The position numbers and the translations under genes are program-made. Below the pieces are notes generated by a model. That model was not told where the DNA came from. It saw only the letters and a list, made by a program, of their open reading frames with translations, and did not search any database. A DNA stretch of 64,000 nucleotides, from contig NC_043002.1 in the NCBI RefSeq assembly GCF_006345805.1, forward strand, positions 1,674,001-1,738,000. Direction: 5' to 3'. This DNA is from Octopus sinensis. Its lineage: Eukaryota. Every line of letters begins with the position of its first letter. Within the stretch, counting starts at the first letter, position 1. Below, one piece after another: positions 11,266 through 23,695 of this stretch.

Positions 11266-11404
11266 CATGAGGGTTAATGATGTGAAATACTCCAGATTGA
11301 GGAAATCAGAAAGACCACTGTGATTCCCCACCATGATCGCAGCCGCATGACTGAAATGAGTAAAGAGCAAAAGTATAAAATAATAATAATGATAATAATA
11401 ATAA

Positions 11405-14400
11405 TAAGGAAGAGGAGGAAAAAAATGGTCGGAGATAAAACTATCAACAAAAAAATACAGACGAATATAGATCTGCTAGTCTTAAGAAGCAGCACTATGA
11501 GCAATGCTTACATGTAGAGAACCCTAAACTGACAGATCCATCTCCTAATATAAGAATGGAAGCTCGTCATGCTTCAAGGTCAACAAATCAAACAATAAAC
11601 CGCACTGGTCGTTGCGCGGATTACAAAAGACCACGTACCCGAAAATTGAACAAAATTCTGATTCAAAAATCCGCTACTGAATCAAATCTTCCCAACACAC
11701 AGGAGCTGGATGTACCCCACAACCGGAATATTCCAACAGATGGCCATCCATGCTCATCACCAAATAATCAAAAGAAAAAGAAGGAGAAATGGTCTAGGGA
11801 AGATAATAAAGAAGTTCTTGAGGCCTTCTCCCATGCCATATATTTCCCCACAGATAAATCTAACACTGTACAAGCATACTTAAACTGGAGACAGAAACAC
11901 CCTGAAGTAAGACTCTACATAGACAGTAACAAACTTGCCAACGTCAGAAGAAACATTATAAAAAAAAAATTACTGACTGAAGTAGAGATTGATCAAGTTA
12001 GACAAGCAATATCGGATAAAATGTACAAAGCTGCAGCTAGAGAAGATAATTCAGAGGAAATAATTATAGACCAGCCCAGGGCTGATAAAAACGAAGTGAG
12101 GATTGAAAGAGTTAGTATAAGTGATAGGCAAAGTGAAATACTCCCTGAACCAATCATAAACACTAAGACAGATGAGCATCAAATAGATAAAGAAAGTCAC
12201 ACAAATATTGACCCAACAGAACTACATGAGCTACAAAATCAAATCATGATTGAATGGCTGAAAATTAAAGAAACCAGCATGGATGAACGTGATACACTTC
12301 CTAAAATCCGCAACTCTAACCAAAACATGAAAATAATTGGTAAAATCCGGCTTGCACTCAAGGATATAATTACAGCTAATGATGTTGATATCACAAACCG
12401 CAACCACCTATACTATGCATCCGCGAAAATCTCAACGATCCTATGTGGTGTAAAGATTAGAAAACGGCAACCTTGCCACAAAAAGCCTTCTTGGCAAGAG
12501 CGTCTGCAACAACAAATTAAAATATTTAGATCTGACATTGAATATTTGAAAAACCTTAAGGCTCACAAGACTACCAAACCTACAAAAACCCCAAAATTAC
12601 TGAAAAAATATAATATGAAAACTATACTTGATATTGATGCCACCATAGAAACCATCAAACAAAAGGTATCTGCCAAAGCTGCCCGCATAGCGAGGTATGA
12701 AAAGCGTGTTAGATTTTTCAAGGACAACAACATGTTAAAAAATAACACCAAGAATTTTTACAGGAAGATAGGAAAAACAGCGTTTACTGCAAGGTCTATA
12801 CCATCAAAAGAAGAAGTGCAGGGATTTTGGAATAAAATCTGGACAGAAGAAAAAACACACAACGAAAAGGCCCCCTGGATTGACAGAATATCTACAGAAC
12901 TGGACCCCTTAGAAGAGCGAAAGTGGGAGGGTGTCAAGGTAGAAGATATAAGATCTGCTCTCAGGAGGTCAAGCAAATGGAAGTCTCCAAGAAAGGATAA
13001 AATTCCTAACTTCTGGCTGAATGCCTTCCCAGAGAGTCATGAACTGCTACCAGAACTGTACAATGATGTTTTGCAACACCCTAGTAGGATGCCTCCTTGG
13101 CTAGTTAATGGGTTAACATTCCTGCTTCCAAAAAGTGAAGAAACAAATGAACCAAAAAACTATAGACCCATAACCTGCTTAACAACTATGTACAAAACAC
13201 TAACATCTGTCCTGACGGAATATACCTATAGTTTTTTTAACAGACAGCAGCATATTCCCTAATGAACAGAAAGGATGTAAACGTGGATCCTGCGGCTGTA
13301 AAGACCAACTACTCATAAATAAGATGATCTTAGAAGATTGTCACAAACGACACAAAAACTTATCAATAGCCTGGATAGACTATAAAAAGGCTTTTGATAG
13401 CCTACCAAATAGCTGGATTAGGAAATGCCTGGAAATGTATAAGATAGCACCTACTCTGCGAACTTCTTGACTGTAAGTATGAGATCATGGAGAACCACAC
13501 TAACTCTGAACAGTGACAATGAATCCCTAAATGCTGGTGATGTAAACATTTCGTGTGGCATTTTCCAGGGTGACTCACTGTCACCACTCCTCTTTTGTTT
13601 ATCCTTAATACCTCTCTCAAAGCTGCTCAATGACGCGCAGTACGGGTATAAAATGTTTGATAAAAATATAAATCATCTCATTTACATGGATGATTTAAAG
13701 CTTTTTTCAAAAAATGACCAACAACTCAAGGGCTTACTAGCGATAGTCAAACAATTCAGTGACGACATCAGAATGCAATTCGGCCTCGATAAATGTGCAA
13801 AAGCTACCTTTATCAAAGGAAAAATGACAGAAACATCTAACGTTAACCTTGACCAGCAGAATGTCATAAAAGAACTAGACCCAGCGGAGAGCTACAAGTA
13901 CCTAGGGGTAATTGAAGGGAACGGAATAAGGCATTCAGAGATGAAGGAAAGGATCAGGAGAGAATGCTATCGAAGAGTGAGAGCAATACTCAAGACAGAG
14001 CTGAATGCAAGAAACAGGATCGAAGCGATCAATGCATTAGCCATACCAGTCGTGACTTACAGTTTCAATATTGTTAACTGGTCAATTACTGAAATATGTC
14101 AGCTCGACAGAAAAATAAGGAAACTGTTGACAATGCATAGAATGCACCACCCTAAGGCAGATACAGAACGACTCTATCTGCCAAGAAAAGAGGGAGGCCG
14201 TGGTCTTTTGCAACTGGCAATAACAATGAAGATTGCTACAATCGGCCTAGACACCTACCTGAAGAACTCTGAGGACTGGATGTTAAAACTTGTCTCAAAA
14301 CATGAAAACAAGAAAGCATCATACTCAGTCACAAAACAGGCAAAGGAATATCTAAGTGAATTCCGAATACAACCAATTTCGGAATTAGAGATAGACATAC

Positions 14401-15446
14401 AAGAAACAAGCACAGAAAAACCTAGGTGCATGAAAAACCGTGCCAAAACTGCGGCCTTAGATATTCTGAATAATAAATGGCAAGAAAAACCTCTCTATGG
14501 CAAATACCCAAAGAGAGCGAATAATGCAGATATCGACAAAGCCCTGACCCATCAATGGCTAATGGTCTCTGGCTTAAAATCTGAAACAGAGGGGTTTATC
14601 ATAGCAGCTCAAGATCAATGCCTACCAACAAGAAACTACCAGGCCAACATATTAAAGAACGGCAGTAGCCCAACATGTCGTGTATGCCGAAAACAAAATG
14701 AAACCATTGATCATGTTGTCTCCAAATGCAGTCTTCTAGCGCCTACAGAGTACCTCAATAGGCATGATAGAGCTGCACAATATATTCACTGGGTAATTTG
14801 CAAAAACCTGGATTTGCCCCATGAAAAAAACTGGTGGGAACACAATCCACCTCCAGTGCTTGAAAATGACCACATCTCACTCCTCTGGAACTTCACCATT
14901 CAAACTGACATCAAGATACATGCAAATAGGCCAGACATCATATTGAAAGACTTCAGACAAAGAACATGCCTCCTCATTGATATGACTGTCCCAATCGATG
15001 TAAACGTATCTGTCAAGACCTACCAAAAACTGAGCAAATATAAAGATCTTGAAATAGAAATCAGCAAAATGTGGAAGCTGAAGACTAAAACAATACCTGT
15101 TGTCATAGGTGCCCTGGGAATGATAGCGAAAGGGACTGATTGCTACCTAACTCAGATACCAGGAAACCCCAAAATGGCAGAAATTCAAAAGATAGTGCTC
15201 ATGGGAACTGCTCATATCCTACGCAAAATACTCTCTATGTAATCCCAAGGTTTAAAACAAACTTTTTTTAAATTTTTAATTTTTAATTAAAAAAATTTTT
15301 TTTTTATGTATTAGACATTCACTAGTACAACACCAACCCCCTCCCCCCAAATATATGGCACAGAACTTCCAACCTGTTGTCTCTTGAGGTCTCTGGGTGA
15401 GACTTGGAGCCAACTTGTACAGACATAAAGCAAAAGTCAAACATAG
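11405..15446 (+). mobile_element. Near full-length R4/Dong-clade RLE non-LTR retrotransposon (family 1), flanked by (TAA)n
   Basis: Single long RT-CCHC-RLE frame. The 3'UTR ends ...aaacatagaa followed by (TAA)n, and there is a TAA tract at about 11380-11405. The 5' boundary is approximate. Confidence 0.92.
11556..15242 (+). pseudogene. RT-RLE polyprotein interrupted by two compensating 1-bp frameshifts (about 13235 and 13460)
   Basis: KWSREDNKE (Myb-like), NYRPITCL, AWIDYKKAFDS, IFQGDSLSPLLF, YMDDLKLF, CRVC-x8-H-x4-C, RHD and RPD...IDMTVP...KLSKYKDL. Confidence 0.9.
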
Positions 15447-15477
15447 AATAATAATAATAATAATGATAATAGTAATG

Positions 15478-15564
<87 letters not shown>

Positions 15565-15633
15565 GTAATAATAATAATAGTAATAATAATAATGATAATG
15601 ATGATGATGATGATGATGATAATAATAATAATA
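15447..15633 (+). repeat. (TAA)n/(TGA)n tract joining two R4-type elements
   Basis: Direct reading of the sequence. Confidence 0.97.
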
Positions 15634-17313
15634 GTGCGTTTCTCTGCACCAGGTGTCAGGAGGACACTCTGCAAGAAATGGAAACGGAATTGAAAGATGA
15701 TAATGAAGTGCGACTTTATGAAGGCGAACCAATGGAGACTAAATCAAGAGACGAATAAAGTCTATAATGTATTGAGAGACATTGAAACAAAGAACATCAG
15801 ACGAACGGATAATCTTATCAAGGCTGCTAATTGGATTGTGGCGGAAAGGATGGAATTGAGAACTACTGAGAATAGAACAGCGACGGATAGAAGAGGGAAT
15901 AAACAAGAGTGGTGGAAAAGGAGAATGTCTGAAGATATGAACTCCTTGAACAGTGTAGGGTGGATTTATGTAGTCAGGAAAAGAAATGGAGAATTTAAGA
16001 ATGAAATTCGAAAAAGTTGGGAAGAAGTTTGGTGTAGATACAAAAGGCCTGAATGTTGGAATTGAAGAACTGAAGCAGCGAATACAGGCAAAAAAAACAA
16101 CAAAAAACAAAGCTAAGTTTGAACAACGGATTAAGCAATACCAGGGAAACAAATTGTGTAGACCCGACCAAAAAAAAAAAGATTTTATCAACAGATTAAT
16201 GATGATAACAAGCGTGAAAGATTAGTCCCTGATGCTGATGAAGGTCGAGTTTTTAGAGATAAGATATGGAGTAAGCAAGAACAACATAATACATGACAAT
16301 GTGACAAGAATGATGCATTGGGAGCTCTGTGGAAATCACGGTCTAGAAAGAGCAGACACGTGGTAAGAACAAGCCCCTGAAAGAATCACCGAAAATGAGA
16401 ATTGCCAAATCCTGTAGAATACTACAGCTGAATGGCTCTGCAGTCTGACACAAACAGCTTCTTATCCCCAGCAAGAGGCTATCCACTTCGCAGAAGACAG
16501 TATCAGAGATATGAGTAAAAAGATAAGCAATTGGAAAGCAGCAGGACCTGATGGTGTACAGGGATTTTGGATAAAAAAAGTTCAGTAGTTGCCATAAATT
16601 GATCGCAGAGCAATTTAATGCATTGATCAATGGAAAAGAAGAAATCCCGGGCTGGTTGACAAAAGGACGAATGGTGTTGTGCCTGAAGGATGCATCAAAG
16701 GGAAATGTTGCTGACAATTGCAGACCAATTTCCCGCCACCCGTTAATGAGGAAATTATCGTCAGGAGGAATTGCGGAAGAACTGTATAAATTCCTGGATG
16801 AGGACGAAATATTACCGCCGGAACAAAAAGGTATTATAGAAGGAGATGCAGAGATACTGAAGATCAACTGTTGGTAGACAAAATGCTAATGCAAGATTGT
16901 AAACGAAGGAGAACAAATTTGGGAATGGCCTGGATTGACTATTGCAAAGCTTATGATACGATTCCACATTCGCGGATAATCGAATGCTTGGATCTGTTTG
17001 GAATTGGGAGGAATGTAACTTGTTTCCTGAAGAGAAGTATGGTGGGATGGAAAACTGAACTGACATCTTATGGAACGAAGCTTAGGCACCCTGGGTATCA
17101 GAAGAGGGATTTTCCAGGGTAACAGCCTATCTCTGTTGCTTTTTGCTCTCTGCATGATACTCCTGACCTTTGTTCTCAGGAAAATGACCCTGGGGTACCA
17201 ACTAAAGGAAAAATCCCAAACAATCAACCACCTCCTCTTCATGGATGATTTGAAACTGTATGGCATGGATGAGACACAAGTGAGTCCCCTGGTGAACACA
17301 GTCCACTGTTTTA

Positions 17314-18603
17314 CGAGGGACGTTCAATAAGTAATGCCCCTGACCCACTTGCAGTTGTTTGATGTAGCTGAAATTTTGCATGTGCAATCATTTATATCTC
17401 TATAGATGAAGTGGCAAATTACATCTCTGAACTAATTGTGGTTTCTGATTTACAGGTGTTTGAACAGAGTCAAGTGTGAAATGGAGCCTGTTGAGTGTCG
17501 AGCAGTGATCCGGTTTTTGTATTTGAAAGACGCACACCACGGGAGACTTTCGATGAAATGAAAGTAACTTATGGTGATGATGCTCCATCATATGGCCTTG
17601 TAAAACGCTGGCATCGTGAATTCAAACATGGTCGGAAATCTGTGGAAACAGCTCCCAGATCTGGTCGCCCCCCTTCTGCCATTCATGAGGCATCTGTCCG
17701 TCAAGTTGAGGCTGCCATTTTGGAAGATCGACGCATAACTATTCGCCAAATAGCCCATGAGGTCAAGATTAGTACCGGGTCTATGGAAACTATCATTCAT
17801 GACCATTTGCATATGCAAAAGGTGTCTGCCAGATGGATTCCCAGGTTGCTTACGCCCTTCCAGAAGCAAGAACGCGTTGAGTGCTCGAGGATGAATTGGA
17901 GATGTGCCAAGAAGATGAGTCAAAATTTGTCAAAAGACTGATTACACAGGATGAAATCTAGGTCCATCACTATGATCCAGAGACCAAAGCCCAGTCAATG
18001 CAGTGGAAGCACCGTGACTCACCTCCTCCAAAGAAGGCAAGGGTGCAGCCCTCCGCTGGCAGGGTCATGCTCACAGTCTTCTGGGAACAGGACGGAGTAG
18101 TAATAACAGATTTCCTGTCAAAGGGTACCACAATTACAGGAACCTATTATGCTTCACTTTTGAGGAAATTAAGAGAAGCTATGAAAATCAAGAGGCGGGG
18201 CAAGATCAGCAAAGGCATCCTCCTCCTGCAGGACAACGCTCCGGTCCACAACTCGCTTGTCGCCAGATCAGAAGCACAGGCGTGCGGCTATGAACTCCTC
18301 CCCCATCCCCCTACTCTCCTGACCTTGCACCCTCTGATTTTCACCTCTTCCCAGCCACGAAGTTGTTTTTGAAAGGAAAGCGTTTTCCAGATGATGCAGC
18401 CTTGATTTCTGAAGTCACGTCGTGGTTGGATGACCAAGCTGGGGTCTTCTACAAATGCGGGCTTCAGAGCTGCATCAAACGATGGGAGAAATGCATAGGT
18501 CTGGGTTCTTCCTATGTAGAAAAAGACTAATACCTGTGCCAAGTTTCATTGCTCTACTGCTATGGGAATTGGGTCAGGGGCATTACTTATTGAACGCCCC
18601 TCG
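17314..18603 (+). mobile_element. mariner DNA transposon (irritans-like), 1290 bp
   Basis: 33-bp TIRs CGAGGG(A/G)CGTTCAATAAGTAATGCCCCTGACCC with one mismatch. TA duplicated at 17312-13 and 18604-05. Confidence 0.95.
17481..18530 (+). pseudogene. mariner transposase, frameshifted
   Basis: MEPVECRAVIRFL, GRP, WIPRLL, TQDE, QDNAPVH and HPPYSPDLAPSDF spread over several frames, plus a TAG stop. Confidence 0.9.
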
Positions 18604-19410
18604 TAGTACTGATATTAGAATGGAGTTTGGACTCAAGAAGCGCAAAGTAATCTACCTAAAATAGGCAAAGTACAGTCCCTAGCAGGGATAGAATTACCGA
18701 ATAAAGACTTGGTTAAGCAAATTGAAACGGAAGGATGCAAATACGTTGGTGTACTGGAGTTCAGCGAGATAATGGAAAAGGAAATGAAAGAGGATGGAGT
18801 ATTTCCGAAGACTGAGGTTGGTGCTGCGCTCAAAACTGACTGGGTGGAATAAAATCCAAGCAGTTAATACCTGAGCGATATTAGCATCACTTCGGTATGG
18901 AGCGGGAATTATAAAATGGCAAAAGAGAGAAATGAAGAAAATGGATACCAAGACCAGAAAAATGTTGACAGTACACGGAGACTTCCACTCTAAGAGTGAC
19001 ACTTGTAGGCTGTACTTGTCCAGAAGAAAGGGTGGGAGAGGTTTGGTCAGTTGCCAGGACTGTATCGAAGCAGAAGGAAACAGCCTAGGGTGGCATATAA
19101 AAAATGCTGTGGAGCCAATGTTGAAACACACGAAGACCGGTGTCATCAAAACTAAAAATTGTGTAACTAAAGAAAAGTTTAAACAAGAAATGAAAGAAAA
19201 TAAAGAAAAAGCATGGAAGGAAAAGAAAATGTTGGATCAGTTTGCAAAAGATGTGAGCGCCAAGACAGATGCAGAGGACCGGTGGCCATGGATGGGGAGG
19301 AGTGACCTGAAGATAGAGACAGAAGCACTCATGTGCGCTGCTCAGGAACAAGCGTTAAGGACCAATTATATAAAGTGCAGGATAGACAACACAACCGATA
19401 AGAACATATA

Positions 19411-20220
19411 GTTTCCATCCGGATATTGTACGATGGGTTGGTGCCTTCCTCTCAGATCGCTCCTTCCAAGTCCAAGTTAATGGTTCGCGGTCCGACGTCT
19501 CCAGTGCGAGCAGTGGCGTGCCTCAATGTTCAGTGCTTGGGCCCTTATTGTCCTTAGTCTTCATAAATGACTTGCCCGACGACCTCACGCAACACACCCT
19601 TCTATTTGCCGACGATATCAAACTGATCGCTCCTCGCGGTGATATAGAGGATCTTCGTCGATGTCTCCACCAAATTTGGAAGTGGTCTAACGATTGGGAC
19701 CTGTGTCTGAACGTGTCAAAGTGCTGTCATCTGCCTGTCGGCTCTACTCCTGCAACTCAACTTGATTTCGAGCCGGGTCGTCTGCTGCTGGAGAGGACCG
19801 ATCAGGTAAAGGACCTGGGTATCTTGGTGGATTCCTCCTTTTCGCCTTCGGCCCAGTGCGTCCATGCTGCCAACAAAGCACGCGGAATTCTGTTCTTGAT
19901 TCGACGGTCATTCGGAATGCTCACAGCAGCCATATTCCTACCATTCTATGTCACGCTGGTGAGACCCATATTGGAGTACGGGATTCAAGCCTCTTCTCCT
20001 TATCTCCTCAAAGACATACAGCATCTCGAAAGAGTCCAGAAGCTGGCTACCCGCATGGTTCATGGTCTCAATAATTTGTCCTATGAAGAAAGGCTGAGGA
20101 CGCTCGACCTTTATTCTCTAGAAAAACGCCGCCGCCGTGGTGATCTCATTCTCGCCCACAACATCATAAGCGGAAAGTGTAACCTCTCGAAAGAGCTGTT
20201 CTTCACTCCTGCTCCAGAGA
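19411..20220 (+). mobile_element. CR1-clade LINE fragment (C-terminal RT)
   Basis: WVGAFLSDRS...GVPQCSVLGPLL, FADDIKL, LVRPILEYG and LERVQKLATR. Confidence 0.88.
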
Positions 20221-20372
20221 TGTTTTCTATTATAACCTTGGGCCGACCAAAGCCTCCTGATTGGATTTGGTAGACTGAAACTGAAAGCCCGTCGTATATA
20301 CATACATACATATATACATACATATATACATACATATATACATACATACACACACGCACATACATACATACA

Positions 20373-20406
<34 letters not shown>

Positions 20407-20436
20407 CACATAAATACACACACACACACACACATA

Positions 20437-21835
20437 TAAACTGTGTATCTATTGTAGATAGGTACGTACACAGCGAACATTTCAATCGCATTAATACGCT
20501 ACACACAAAGTAATGTTGAGTTATGTACTTTGAGGTGCTTTCAACTGTCACGTTTTATTGCAGGTGTACGGAAATGTCAATTTAAGGTAATGAAACAAAG
20601 TAATATCGTTATATTACGATTTTATTGTTATAATGAAACACGCTACCGAAGAATAGCCCCAAAAGATATGAAACAAACACAATTCCATTTTTGGTGCTGT
20701 ACTTTATTTGTCTACGTAATTTCCTTGCTTAGAAATGTCATCAAACAGTAGACAGAAGCTGTTAGCCGACTAATCCAAGAAATGTTACGGTACCAGCAAC
20801 TGTTTTAATCTTTTCCCACGGGGCATTATTCGATGAAAACTGGATACCTCCTTCATACACTTTCCTCTTCAAGATTGACGAGAGCTGTCCTATAAGGTTT
20901 AGGTGAGGAGAACAGGAAGGCCGAGTCATGAGTGATTGGCTTGTAATTCCCAAAGTTGTGAGGTACGAAGCTGTAGTCTTGGCTGAATGCGAAGGAACAT
21001 CGTCATGCATAAAAATCCATCTCCGTCGACGTGAGAGTGGCAGATCATCTAGCCATGCTGCAAAAGGCTCCTCTGGAAACGCGGTGTAGGAGTTGCTGGT
21101 GAGTTTCACACCTTCTGGCACTCAGAAAGGCCCAAAACATGATATCACCACCTCCTTGTTGACGCTGAATGCGTCGGGGCTACCCAGAGTAACTTTGACC
21201 TCATCTGTGAAGACAATATCTAGGAAACTGATCTTCATGCACTTCTGTACCCAATCAATATGCTTCCCTTTGGGGTTCTTGCTTAGGATGGGTCTAACGA
21301 TGCACTTAACACTTCTGGCCGTCTCTTTAAGGATCCTACATCGAGTGCTTCTAGACAAAGGAGCAACCCCAGCACTTTAAATATGGCAGCACTTGGGCTA
21401 TCGATCTCCTTTTTTACTTGTCTAATTAGTTTTCGGGTATCATGCTGGGATACACTTCTTCTCGTACCTTTATGCTGCTTTGGTTTAGTGATAGGGTTTT
21501 CCACATACGCATTCTATCTTTTTGTATCCTGACCAAGCTCTTGGGCTAATTCTCCTACATATAAGTGAGACCTGCAACAATCTTCACCGTGGCTGTCAGA
21601 CGTTGTTTCAGGAGCATTTCCGTACACCTGCAATAAAGTGTGACACAGTTGAAAGCACTTCAAAATACATAACTCAACGTAACTTTGTATGTAGCCTATC
21701 AATACGATTCAAATGTTCGCTGCGTACGTACGTACCTAGGATGTTTTAGTGGACCGAATTACACGTTTGTACAACGTGCAATATTCAAAAAATCAACAAA
21801 AATTTGACCTGCAATAAAGCGTGATACACAGTTTA
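20437..21835 (-). mobile_element. Tc1-family transposon with long IR/DR ends and DD37E-spaced, decayed transposase (TRT-like)
   Basis: Ends TAAACTGTGTATC and GATACACAGTTTA with TA flanks. Long inverted repeats contain an inner copy of the terminal motif. Fragments FTDEVKVTLGSPD, GPF-PEGVKLTS and FMHD-x37-(E>G). Confidence 0.85.
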
Positions 21836-21883
21836 TATATGTATATATATATATATATATAAGTATGTATATATTTGTGTATG

Positions 21884-21914
<31 letters not shown>

Positions 21915-21921
<7 letters not shown>

Positions 21922-22120
21922 TCCCCCACCACCGCTTGACGACCCGTGTTTGTGTGTTTATATCCCCGTAACTTAGCGGTTCGGCAAAGAGACCGATAGA
22001 ATAAGTTCTAAGCTTCAGAAAATGAAAATAAGTGTTGGCGTCCGTTTGTTCGACGATAAAAACCATTCAAGGCAGCGCTCCAGCATGGCCGCAGTCACAT
22101 GACTAAAACAAATAGAAGAA
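21915..22120 (+). mobile_element. SINE family A, 3' half
   Basis: Same 3' half and tail as the other family A copies. Confidence 0.8.
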
Positions 22121-22304
22121 TAGAAAAAATATCATTGCGGACACAACTAGATGAATAAACAGAATAAATTAGTTTCGATCCTGTGCTGGAAATTCGTCAG
22201 AGACTGAATGCCTTCCTCGAGTGTCCTCGTAGATGTTGCTGGTAAACAATATATACGTCTATATATGATACACAAAAGCTAAGGAAAAATACTATTTAAA
22301 ATTT

Positions 22305-22685
22305 GTGGAGGCGCAATGACCAAGTGATTAGGGCAGCAAACTCACGGTCGTTGGATCGCGGTTTCGATTCCCAGACCAGGTGTTGTGAGTGTTTATTGAA
22401 CGAAAACACCTAAAGCTGCACGATGCGCCGGCAGGGGGTGATGGCAAACCCTGCTGTACTCTTTCGCCACAACTTTCTCTCACTCTTTCTTCCTGTTTCT
22501 GTTGTACCTGTATTTCAAAGGGCCAGCCTTGTCACACTCTGTGTCACGCTGAATCAACTCGAGAACTACGTTAAGGGTACACGTGTCTGTGGTGTGCTCA
22601 GCCACTTGCGTGTCTGTTCACGAGCAGGCTGTTTCGTTTATCGGATCAATTGGAACTCTCGTTGTCGAAACCGACGGAAGGCCAC
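22305..22685 (+). mobile_element. tRNA-derived SINE, family C
   Basis: A-box-like TGACCAAGTGA and B-box-like GGTTTCGATTCC, followed by about 300 bp of non-tRNA body. Confidence 0.75.
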
Positions 22686-23024
22686 GATTTAATATTTAAA
22701 TGTTGCATTTGGTCGTGGTAATTTCGCTATAATTCAACTTTAGGAAATATATTCAAAGATAATCACACATACAGATTATAATTTTGGAGACAAATGTTAA
22801 TTATGATATTGGCACGAAATTTATTTTTCATCTTTGAAGTTCAGTTTTGTTGCATTAATGGAACAAAATTGAACTCACAAAACTGTTATATTTTAATTTG
22901 CCAAATAAAATAATATATTTCCACTAATTATTGTCTTTGAACATTTTTCTGGTTTAATCATACTATTTTAGTCTGTTTTAATTGTTAAGGAAGAGTCGCT
23001 GCAACTATTCTTTCCTTCTTTTTT

Positions 23025-23246
23025 TTTTCTTCTAATTGTTTCAGTCATTTGAGAGTGGCCATGCCGGAGCACCGCCTTTAGTCGAACAAATCGACCTGAG
23101 GACTTATTGTTTGTGAACCTAGTACTTATTCTATCGGTCTCTTTTGCCGAGCCGCTAAGTTATATAAACATATCAACATCGGTTGTCAAGCGATAGTGAG
23201 TGTACGAATACATATACATATATATATATACATATATATATATTAT

Positions 23247-23313
<67 letters not shown>

Positions 23314-23340
23314 TATATACATATATATATACATATATAC

Positions 23341-23387
<47 letters not shown>

Positions 23388-23398
23388 CAAACATACAC

Positions 23399-23439
<41 letters not shown>

Positions 23440-23446
23440 CAAACAT

Positions 23447-23490
<44 letters not shown>

Positions 23491-23695
23491 ACAAACATAC
23501 ACGTGTATATATATATATATATATATATATACGACAGGCTTCTTTCAGTTACCCTCTACCAAATCCAATCACAAGGCTTTGGTCAGCCGGAGGCTATAGC
23601 AGAAGACACCTACCCAAGTTTCTGCGCAGTGGGACTGAACCCAGAACCATGTGGTTGTGAAGCAAGCTTCTTACCATACAGCCACGCCTGCGCCT
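23025..23695 (-). mobile_element. SINE family A, full length, with expanded internal (TA/CA)n
   Basis: Head AGGCGCAGGCGTGGCTGTATGG...GGTTCAGTCCC and central TTGGGTAGGTGTCTTC. Microsatellite at about 23205-23530. Confidence 0.88.

Larger units (their letters stand above)
15634..19410 (+). mobile_element. Degraded R4/Dong-type LINE (family 2), split by a mariner, 3' end missing
   Basis: Fragments [61 protein letters not shown] and ETEALMCAAQEQALRTN, with many stops and frameshifts. Confidence 0.88.

Noticed and set aside
11380-11560. HDV-like ribozyme at the 5' end of the R4/Dong element
   Set aside because: Expected by analogy with R2-group elements, but I could not find the nested double-pseudoknot pairings in this A-rich sequence.
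22165-22215. CTGACGA...GGATC-GAAA on the minus strand
   Set aside because: Stem II is partial and there is no stem I partner after a cleavage triplet; at most a decayed remnant.
22305-22385. tRNA gene calls for SINE heads (also 37330-37395 and 62170-62235)
   Set aside because: A/B boxes are present but there is no complete cloverleaf, and each runs into a SINE body.
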